This document shows, piece after piece, positions 17,690-24,865 of a DNA stretch of 49,916 nucleotides. The stretch is from an uncultured Treponemataceae bacterium. GTDB lineage: Bacteria > Spirochaetota > Spirochaetia > Treponematales > UBA12059. Under the pieces are notes generated by a model. That model saw only the letters and a list, made by a program, of their open reading frames with translations. It did not search any database and was not told the origin of the DNA. The translations under genes and the position numbers were made by a program. The stretch covers positions 1-49,916 of the forward strand of contig CAZNXK010000006.1 of the NCBI GenBank assembly GCA_964576835.1, written 5' to 3'. Position 1 is the first letter of the stretch. Each line of letters begins with the position of its first letter.

Positions 17690-19387
17690 CTACGCCTCCA
17701 TCCGCGCGAGCCGCTTCTCGGCGAACTTCGGGTAGGGGACGAGCAGGGCGACGAAGGCGGCGGCCGGCACCGCTCCGAACCACCACGCGAAGGCCCCAGG
17801 CCGCATCCCCGTGATGAAGGCGAGGTAGCCGACACCGGCGGCCAGACCCATCGTGCCCAGGATGGCGATCACCGCGTTGGGGTTCTGCTTCATCGCTGCG
17901 ATGGGGTTGTCCCAGTCGAGCCGGGGGTTGGCGGTATCGAGCCACAGCCCTCCCAGGTTCAACAAGGTCGACAGCGATAGCGACACGGCCAACCCGGCGG
18001 CGAGGCCGGCCGCATCAAGGCCGAGCGCCCTGCCGATCAGGCCCACCCCCACCATGCTGCCGAACGCGCCGAAAATCAGCGCATGGGCCAGCTTGGCCAG
18101 CATGTAGGTGCCGGCCTTGACCGGCAGGCTCTTGATGAATGGCAGCGCCTTGGCGTCGCGGGACACCGCCGTGCACGCGATGCTCGTGCTCGATCCCATG
18201 AAGGTGCCGACCAGGGCGGCGAGCACTGAACCGAATCCGCCGCCTATCAAGGCCTTCACGCCGGCCATGTCAGGATCGTCGAACATGGCATCGCCGTTGA
18301 CCAGCAGCATGACGCCGACGATCACCGGCATCAGTAGTATGATGAAGGGCCCGTTGAGCAGGTACATTGGCTCCCGGTTCATCATGATGACTTCCCGCTT
18401 CACCATGGCGAGGAACACGGACCCGGACCGGATGCGCCGTGCTATGAAGCGGCCGGCTCCGTCACGGGTAAGCTTGCGTATGTACGACTCGTTGAAGCCG
18501 ACGAGGCTCCTCGCGTAGGCACCGGACAGGAACAGCACGACCAGCGCGGGCCCCGCGGAGCAGACGACGATCAACGCAAGCATCGAACCAAACGCGCCCG
18601 CGGACGCCGGGGCGGACATCGCCATCCACGCGAGCAGCGCGGGAGGATAGGAGTTTCCTGCCCTGGTGACGAGAGAGCCCGGACTCGCGATGCTGCCGGC
18701 GAGAGCCGCCGGGTCCTGGAACCTCATCATCATCCCCTGGAAGTATACGTTGAAGAGCAGGCCGCAGGCGATACCGATCACGCCGCCGACGATCATGATG
18801 AGCTTCTTGTTCCGCAAAAAGCGCGCCGCCGAGAGCAGGGGTATCTGCAGCGCGTACGAAGCCGCCAGTACCGGAAGCGGAAGCAGCAGGGCGATGATTG
18901 TTCCCCAGATATAGAACAGCGGGTGAGGCGATTCCTTGATGCCGAACACCACCATCGTGATCGCCATGAAGAACACCGAGAACGCCGCCTCGGAGACGTA
19001 CACCGCGGTGAACTTCGCCCCGAACAGCGCGCGCGGCTGTATTGGCATCGCCAGCAGCTGCAGTTCCATATCGTTCAGGTAGTACGTCGACAGCGCGGTC
19101 ATGAAGCCTACGATGAACGTCAGCATCGTCGCCATCACCACCGCGTTGAGGATGAGGAGGCCCTGCATGCCCAGCACCGCCAGTCCCTTGTACATGCCCA
19201 GGTTGAGCATCACGAACAGGTAGCCAAGGTTGCCGGCGACCAGCACCATGAGCACGACAAAGCCCGCCGTCTTCACTGCCGGCTTCAAATCCCGCTTCAA
19301 GCCCGGTTTCGTGCCGCGCGGCTTGGCGCTTGAAATATTGTAGAAGCCGCGGATATATAGCCGTGCCAGACTTGGATAGACACTCAT
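17690..19387 (-). CDS. ABC-2 type transporter permease (large multi-pass membrane subunit)
   Basis: Many TM segments with LLAMPI..R.LF..KF and SRDAKALPFIKSLPV repeats; overlaps the ATPase stop codon. Confidence 0.88.
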   Translation of the reverse strand: MSVYPSLARLYIRGFYNISSAKPRGTKPGLKRDLKPAVKTAGFVVLMVLVAGNLGYLFVMLNLGMYKGLAVLGMQGLLILNAVVMATMLTFIVGFMTALSTYYLNDMELQLLAMPIQPRALFGAKFTAVYVSEAAFSVFFMAITMVVFGIKESPHPLFYIWGTIIALLLPLPVLAASYALQIPLLSAARFLRNKKLIMIVGGVIGIACGLLFNVYFQGMMMRFQDPAALAGSIASPGSLVTRAGNSYPPALLAWMAMSAPASAGAFGSMLALIVVCSAGPALVVLFLSGAYARSLVGFNESYIRKLTRDGAGRFIARRIRSGSVFLAMVKREVIMMNREPMYLLNGPFIILLMPVIVGVMLLVNGDAMFDDPDMAGVKALIGGGFGSVLAALVGTFMGSSTSIACTAVSRDAKALPFIKSLPVKAGTYMLAKLAHALIFGAFGSMVGVGLIGRALGLDAAGLAAGLAVSLSLSTLLNLGGLWLDTANPRLDWDNPIAAMKQNPNAVIAILGTMGLAAGVGYLAFITGMRPGAFAWWFGAVPAAAFVALLVPYPKFAEKRLARMEA

Positions 19388-20127
19388 GAGGCCGCCTCCG
19401 ACTCGTCATCGACCAGCTCGAGGAACAGGCTCTCGAGCGAACCGTCGGCGCCCTGCCTTGCCTTGAGGTCGGCCAGGGTTCCGATGAACACGATTTTCCC
19501 CCTGTTGATGATAGCCAGCCTGTCGCACAGCTTCTCGGCCACTTCCATCACGTGCGTCGAGAAGAAGACGGTCTTGCCGGCGGCGGCGCGGGAACGCATC
19601 GTTTCCTTGAGGGCGAACGCGGCCTTGGGGTCCAGCCCCACCATCGGCTCGTCGAGCACCCAGTTCTGCGGATCGGGAAGGAGGCTCGCAGTGATCAGCA
19701 GCTTCTGCTTCATGCCGTGCGAGAAGCTGCCTATGCTGCCCCCGAGCGCGTCCTTTATGCCGAAGAGCGACGCGTACCCGGCGACGCGCGCCTGCCTGGT
19801 CGCGGTATCGACGCCGTAGATGTCACCGACGAAGTTGAGGTACTCGGCAGCCTTGAGCCGGGCGAAAAGCTCGGGGTTGTCGGTGACGTAGCCGATGCGG
19901 CGCTTGGCTCCGAGCGGGTCGGTGGCGATGTCTATGCCGTCGACCCTGGCATTGCCGGAGTCGGCGCGCAGGATTCCCGTGAGCACCTTGATCGTCGTCG
20001 TCTTGCCCGCGCCGTTCGGGCCCAGGAATCCGAATATCTCGCCGTCCTTCACGGTGATTGACAGGTTGTCGACTGCCTTGACCGCGCTCCTGGCGTAGGT
20101 CTTGGAAATACCGTTCAGCTCCAGCAT
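19384..20127 (-). CDS. ABC transporter ATP-binding protein
   Basis: GPNGAGKT, FSHGMKQK, VLDEPMVGLDP, FSTH. Confidence 0.95.
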   Translation of the reverse strand: MLELNGISKTYARSAVKAVDNLSITVKDGEIFGFLGPNGAGKTTTIKVLTGILRADSGNARVDGIDIATDPLGAKRRIGYVTDNPELFARLKAAEYLNFVGDIYGVDTATRQARVAGYASLFGIKDALGGSIGSFSHGMKQKLLITASLLPDPQNWVLDEPMVGLDPKAAFALKETMRSRAAAGKTVFFSTHVMEVAEKLCDRLAIINRGKIVFIGTLADLKARQGADGSLESLFLELVDDESEAAS

Positions 20128-20128
20128 C

Positions 20129-20302
20129 TCATTCTCCTTTGGAACCCTTCTTCCGCTGCCTGACGCACTCGGAAAGCAGGTACTCTATCTGGCCGTTGAT
20201 GGACCGGAACTCGTCTTCCGACCAGGCCGCGAGCTCGCGCCACAGCGCGGGAGAGAGCCGCAGAAGCAGCTGCTTCTTGTCCGTTTCCTTGCCTGCGGCC
20301 AT
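20129..20302 (-). CDS. Small Arc/ribbon-helix-helix DNA-binding protein (SPFH-associated)
   Basis: KKQLLLRLSPALW...WSEDEFRSINGQIEYLL, an RHH signature. AGGTGA RBS before ATG 20302. Confidence 0.85.
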   Translation of the reverse strand: MAAGKETDKKQLLLRLSPALWRELAAWSEDEFRSINGQIEYLLSECVRQRKKGSKGE

Positions 20303-20320
20303 CGCTCTCACCTACGCCCG

Positions 20321-21358
20321 TCAGTAGATGGACCCGGAATTCACCACCGGCGATACATCCTTGTTGGAGCACAGGACGACGAGCAGGTTGCTTACCATGG
20401 CGGCCTTCCGCTCTTCGTCCAGTTCGACGATCTTTTTGGCGCTCAGCTTGGCCAGGGCCAGCTCTACCATGCCGACGGCGCCCTCGACGATCATCTGCCT
20501 GGCGGCTATGATGGCGGAAGCCTGCTGGCGCTGGAGCATGGCGGCCGCGATCTCGGGAGCGTACGAAAGGTGGGTGATGCGCGCCTCGCTTATCTCGATG
20601 CCGGCCGCCTCGACCTTCATCTGGATTTCTTCCTTCAGCCTGTCCGCCACCACCTGGCTCGAACCGCGCAGGGAGGTCTCGCCTTCATCGTCGCTGGAAT
20701 CGTAGGGATAGAGGCGCACGATGTTCCGCAACGCCGAGTCGCACTGGGTGGAGAGGTATTCGGCGTAGTTGTCCACGTTGAAGACAGCCTTGGTCGGATT
20801 GACGACTTTCCATATCACTACGATGCCAATGATGATGGGATTTCCCAGGGCGTCGTTTATCTTCTGCCTGTCGTTGTTCAGGGTCATGGCCTTGAGAGAA
20901 ATTGTCCTGCCCGACGATAGCATGCCGAGCGAGCCCGACGACATCCTGATTCCGCCCGCGGGTTTTTCATCGGCCGGGGTCGCAGCGGTATTCCTCGAAC
21001 CGGCGGGACGCCCGGCCGCCACGAAGGGATTGACGAAATAAAATCCCGCCTCCCTGAGGCATCCGGCATATTTTCCGAACAGGGTGAACACAAGCGCCTC
21101 GTTGGGCTTGAGCACCTTGAGTCCTGTGAACAGAAGTGGTCCAACGAGACAGAGCCAGACCAGGCTGAGCACTGCGCCGGCAAGAGCAAGGAGAGTCACC
21201 CCGCCTGCGTCCATCGCCACGGCGCAGACCACGAACAAGCCGGCGGAACCGAGCATTAGCAGCAGGTCGAGGATCAGGACCGCCATGCCGCCGACATGTC
21301 CAAGAGCGCGCTCCCTTTCTTCGGGGACCCTGGTAGAAAAACCGCTATCCGCACCCAT
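20321..21358 (-). CDS. SPFH/band 7 domain membrane protein
   Basis: Two N-terminal TMs, [44 protein letters not shown] before ATG 21358. Confidence 0.93.
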   Translation of the reverse strand: MGADSGFSTRVPEERERALGHVGGMAVLILDLLLMLGSAGLFVVCAVAMDAGGVTLLALAGAVLSLVWLCLVGPLLFTGLKVLKPNEALVFTLFGKYAGCLREAGFYFVNPFVAAGRPAGSRNTAATPADEKPAGGIRMSSGSLGMLSSGRTISLKAMTLNNDRQKINDALGNPIIIGIVVIWKVVNPTKAVFNVDNYAEYLSTQCDSALRNIVRLYPYDSSDDEGETSLRGSSQVVADRLKEEIQMKVEAAGIEISEARITHLSYAPEIAAAMLQRQQASAIIAARQMIVEGAVGMVELALAKLSAKKIVELDEERKAAMVSNLLVVLCSNKDVSPVVNSGSIY

Positions 21359-21390
21359 GGCACTCTCCTTTTCGCTTGGTCCGTTCACGA

Positions 21391-21414
21391 TATCATTATG
21401 ATATCATAATGATA
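21391..21414. promoter_or_regulatory. Perfect 24-bp palindrome built from TGATATCA-type units; probable operator of the SPFH-RHH-ABC operon
   Basis: TATCATTATGAT|ATCATAATGATA, an AT-rich island about 30 bp upstream of the SPFH start. Confidence 0.7.
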
Positions 21415-21527
21415 ATAGCACGCTTATCATGAAAATACAAGGGACGTTGCGGGATCTCGGGGAAGACGTACATTCGATACTGGAACGTGGCTCGATAGGA
21501 ATGGCAGAACAGGAGGTTCCCGGCACG

Positions 21528-22325
21528 TCAGTGCAGGGTACCTGCCTGACTGATTTCAGCGAACGCGGCGTCGATGAGCCGGCGCGACAGGCTCCCTATC
21601 ATCGGCAGCGGAGGATGGTCGTCCGGGCCGAACCATCCTGCCTCGGCTATCTCCACGCCGTCGGGCTTCAGTTCGCCGGAGCGCCAGGCCGCGGTCATAC
21701 CTATCATCAGCTGGTCGGGGAAGGGCCAGGGCTGGGAACCCAGATAGCCCCGGGGTTCGACCTCGACCGAGACTTCCTCGAGCACCTCGCGCCGTACGCA
21801 AGATTCGAGCGTCTCGCCGGGCTCGACGAAGCCTGCCAGGATGCTCCAGGCGCCGGTCTTGTTAGCGGCGTTCCTCGCCAGGAGTACCCGCTGGCCTCTC
21901 CTGACGACGGCGAGCACCGCGGGGGAAAGGCGCGGAAACGACAGAGCGCCGCAGGCCGGGCAGAGCCTCGCCAGCTCGTCTGCCTTGTCGCCGTTGGGCG
22001 CACCGCAACGGCCGCAGAACCGCGTCGAGGTCCGCCAGTTGACGAAGGACATCGCGCGGGCGGCTCCGAGCCACTCTGGCTCGGGCAGGGCGCCGATGAC
22101 GCCGCGGAACGGCATCCATTCCCAGCCCGCCGGCGCTTCGACGCCCGCGGGATAGAGCTCGGCCGCTGATCCGTCGGCAAACGACATGCGCTCGGACGGT
22201 TCCCCGAAGGCGTCCGGTTCAAGCCGGGCAGAGTCGAGGTCGAGGGCATTCCGGCCAGCCATGCCGCTGCGCCGGACAAGGATTTCACCTCCCCGGAACG
22301 CGTGTCGAACCGATGGCGAAATCAT
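21528..22325 (-). CDS. nudC: NAD(+) diphosphatase
   Basis: Zinc ribbon FCGRCG...CPAC, FPRLSPAV, Nudix box GFVEPGETLESCVRREVLEEV, SQPWPFP. ATGA overlap with the upstream gene. Confidence 0.93.
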   Translation of the reverse strand: MISPSVRHAFRGGEILVRRSGMAGRNALDLDSARLEPDAFGEPSERMSFADGSAAELYPAGVEAPAGWEWMPFRGVIGALPEPEWLGAARAMSFVNWRTSTRFCGRCGAPNGDKADELARLCPACGALSFPRLSPAVLAVVRRGQRVLLARNAANKTGAWSILAGFVEPGETLESCVRREVLEEVSVEVEPRGYLGSQPWPFPDQLMIGMTAAWRSGELKPDGVEIAEAGWFGPDDHPPLPMIGSLSRRLIDAAFAEISQAGTLH

Positions 22326-22633
22326 TCTACCGACTTGGCCTCTCCGTAGAAACGGATGTACTCGTTCCTCTTGCCGGCGTGCTTCCTGCATACGACTATG
22401 AGCCGGTCCAGCTCCTTGCGCTCGGCGGCGACGAGAGTCTGGGCAGAAAGCGACTCGAGCTCGGAAAGGAGTTCCGGACCCTGGAGCGCATTGAACGAGG
22501 CATCGGCCGTCTCTCCCGCGAAACGCAGGCACGAGCCGGGGACCTTGCCGAATTTCCCGTGGATTGACTCGAGTTCGAATACCTCTATCAAGGGGTCGCC
22601 TTCAAGATCCTCTACCGATACGAATACGCTCAT
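22322..22633 (-). CDS. Hypothetical protein (103 aa)
   Basis: AGGAG RBS before ATG 22633; translationally coupled to nudC. No family recognised. Confidence 0.7.
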   Translation of the reverse strand: MSVFVSVEDLEGDPLIEVFELESIHGKFGKVPGSCLRFAGETADASFNALQGPELLSELESLSAQTLVAAERKELDRLIVVCRKHAGKRNEYIRFYGEAKSVE

Positions 22634-22692
22634 GGGGTCTCCTGTTGGCCGCGAGTATACGTCACGCCGCGGCGGAGGTAAAGGATGGGTGC

Positions 22693-23478
22693 CTATTCCG
22701 CGGCAACCGACTGGTCCCAGAGCCGCCTGCAATAGGCCAGGCTGTCGGCACCGGACCCGGGGGGCAGCGAAACGACCCCGTCATAGTCCATCCTGCGGAG
22801 GGCATCCATGAACGGTACGTAGTCATAGCGGTCGGACGACCGGGGCGGCACGGAGCTTCCAGGTATCTCGGGATGCTCCAGATGCACATGGCCGATCCGC
22901 TGACCGCAGTCCGTCATCTCGCTCATGCCCGCATGCAGTTCGACAAGGTCCCGCGGGCTCACCAGCACCGCGAGATTCGGCTTGTCAAGCATGGAGAAGC
23001 ACTCCCGGATGTCTTCAAACGAGTTGATGAAATTGGTCCGCCTCGCTCCAAGCGGCTCGAGGCATACATCGATACCGAAACGCTCGGCGATTCCGCAGAG
23101 CATGAACATGAACTGGTAGAAATGCTCCCTTGCCGTCGAGACATCGCCCTCCACCGGCAGAAGCCTCGAGCGACCGTCGCCCCAGACCAGGGTCCTGCAA
23201 CCAAGTTCGGATATCCTGCGCACAGCGGTGCCGAGGTATTCGGTCCAGTAGTACGTATTGAATCCCTGCTCGGTGACCTGCACTCCCTTTGGAAGCGGCG
23301 CCTCGAAGACCTCGAAGGAGAGTCCCGCGGCCGAGAGCCGCTTCCTCTCGGCCGGAAAGTCCGCATCGTCACGTTCCATCACGACGTCGACCGGCAACTG
23401 GACGCCCTCGAAGCCGTGGGCCCTGGTCTCGTCCAGCCCAGCCATGGTCGCAACCCGTACAGCCCATCGTATGCTCAT
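22693..23478 (-). CDS. Sugar phosphate isomerase/epimerase family TIM barrel (xylose isomerase-like), degenerate metal site
   Basis: LVWGDGRSR, CLEPL, HVHL; paralog of 28698..29519. The Asp and the second Glu positions are substituted. Confidence 0.8.
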   Translation of the reverse strand: MSIRWAVRVATMAGLDETRAHGFEGVQLPVDVVMERDDADFPAERKRLSAAGLSFEVFEAPLPKGVQVTEQGFNTYYWTEYLGTAVRRISELGCRTLVWGDGRSRLLPVEGDVSTAREHFYQFMFMLCGIAERFGIDVCLEPLGARRTNFINSFEDIRECFSMLDKPNLAVLVSPRDLVELHAGMSEMTDCGQRIGHVHLEHPEIPGSSVPPRSSDRYDYVPFMDALRRMDYDGVVSLPPGSGADSLAYCRRLWDQSVAAE

Positions 23479-23491
23479 TGAACAGTTCCCT

Positions 23492-23932
23492 TCATGAAGC
23501 CAGCAGATTGACGAGGGCCTCCAGCGCGAGGATGTAGCTCTTCTTCCCGAATCCGCCTATCACCCCGACGCAGACCGCGGCAATCACCGAGGTGTGCCTG
23601 AATTCCTCGCGGGCGTACACGTTGGAGATGAATACCTCGACGCAGGGGACGAGCATCGCGCCGATCGCGCTCCTGAGGGCGTAGCTGTAGTGCGCCAGGG
23701 CTCCGGGGTTGATGATCACCCCCGCGTATTCCCCGGGCGCCCTCTGCAGGCTGTCGATGATGTCGCCCTCGCTGTTGAACTGGAGGCAATCGACCAGAAC
23801 ATCAAGTTCAGCCGCCCTTTTTTCGAGTCCGGCATGGATGTCCTCCAGGGAGCCATCCTTGTATATCGAGACTTTCCTCGTCCCCAGCAGGTTCAGGTTG
23901 GGACCGGAGATGACCAGGAACTTCTTCTTCAT
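23492..23932 (-). CDS. aroQ: Type II 3-dehydroquinate dehydratase paralog with substituted catalytic residues
   Basis: GPNLNLLGTR, QFNSEG, NPGALAHYS, but VEVFISN (His->Phe) and ALRSA (Asp->Ser). Confidence 0.8.
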   Translation of the reverse strand: MKKKFLVISGPNLNLLGTRKVSIYKDGSLEDIHAGLEKRAAELDVLVDCLQFNSEGDIIDSLQRAPGEYAGVIINPGALAHYSYALRSAIGAMLVPCVEVFISNVYAREEFRHTSVIAAVCVGVIGGFGKKSYILALEALVNLLAS

Positions 23933-23960
23933 GTCAGCAGCCCTCCATCCAGTCCGCGAA

Positions 23961-24416
23961 TCACGCCAACCATGGATCGGTCGTCGTTTCCATCAGGGCC
24001 CGGAGACCCAGGACGTAACTCTGCGAGCCAAAGCCGCAGATCTGTCCGACACAGACCGGCGCTATCAGCGAGACGTGCCTGAACGGCTCCCGCTTGTAGA
24101 TGTTCGAGATGTGCACCTCGATGACCGGTATCTTGATGGCGCCGATCGCATCCCGGATGGCGATCGAGTAATGCGTGTAGGCGCCGGCGTTCAGCACGAT
24201 GCCGTCGACGCGGTCGAGGCAGCCATGGATATGGTCGACCAGCGCGCCTTCGGAGTTGGCCTGGAAGAAGTCCACCTGGACGCCGAGCCTGCCCGCCTCC
24301 GCGGCGATATCTCCGTTTATCTGCTCGAGCGTCTTTCCGCCGTATATTCCGATCTCGCGCTTGCCCAGCATGTTCAGGTTGGGGCCGTGGATGATCGCTA
24401 TGCGTCCATATGCCAT
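23961..24416 (-). CDS. aroQ: Type II 3-dehydroquinate dehydratase (canonical)
   Basis: HGPNLNMLGKRE..IYG, QANSEG, NAGAYTHYSIAIRDA, EVHISNIYKREPFRH. AGGAGG RBS. Confidence 0.95.
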   Translation of the reverse strand: MAYGRIAIIHGPNLNMLGKREIGIYGGKTLEQINGDIAAEAGRLGVQVDFFQANSEGALVDHIHGCLDRVDGIVLNAGAYTHYSIAIRDAIGAIKIPVIEVHISNIYKREPFRHVSLIAPVCVGQICGFGSQSYVLGLRALMETTTDPWLA

Positions 24417-24477
24417 GCGTAGCCCTCCTGTCGCTTGAAACCCGGGTAGAGAAATGACTGGTCCGCCGGATCAGCGC

Positions 24478-24507
24478 ATACTACACATAGAAACATTTCA
24501 ATGTCAA
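24478..24507 (-). promoter_or_regulatory. Sigma70-type promoter for the aroQ-aroQ'-isomerase operon
   Basis: Minus strand TTGACA (24507-24502), 18-nt spacer, TAGTAT (24483-24478). Confidence 0.55.
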
Positions 24508-24566
24508 ACGTCCAGCGTCCCGCCCGAGTATGTAAACAGAATGCCGCTCCGGTGTATAGTGTCATC

Positions 24567-24800
24567 ATGAGAGTCAGGATCCGGATGCGGCTCTTCGCAT
24601 CGTTGCAGAAGTGGAGCGGCGGAAAAACCCTCGAGCTGGACCTCGAAGAGCCGGCAACCCTGGGAGCGGCGCTGCACCGCCTCGGCATCCCCGAATGCGA
24701 GGTGGCTATCGTCATCACCAACGGCAACAGAAGCCCGCAGGACGCCCCGCTGCGTGACGGCGACGATATCCAGCTGTTCCCGGCGATCGGTGGGGGCTGA
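24567..24800 (+). CDS. MoaD/ThiS family sulfur-carrier protein (AOR-associated type)
   Basis: RLFASL, NG...L.DGD.I.LFPAIGGG with C-terminal Gly-Gly. Confidence 0.9.
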   Translation: MRVRIRMRLFASLQKWSGGKTLELDLEEPATLGAALHRLGIPECEVAIVITNGNRSPQDAPLRDGDDIQLFPAIGGG

Positions 24801-24816
24801 GACCGACATGCGACAA

Positions 24817-24849
24817 GGCCGTCTGGCCGCGCGCTGCGGTCAGGCGGCC
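24817..24849. terminator. 14-bp GC-rich hairpin between the convergent moaD and SLH-MBL genes
   Basis: GGCCGTCTGGCCGC-GCGCT-GCGGTCAGGCGGCC (two G-U pairs); no U-tract. Confidence 0.5.
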
Positions 24850-24865
24850 CGTGCGGACGGTTCCG

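Noticed and set aside
23961-24416. aroQ as part of a biosynthetic aro operon
   Set aside because: No aroB/E/K/A/C in the window. A housekeeping role cannot be excluded without the rest of the genome.
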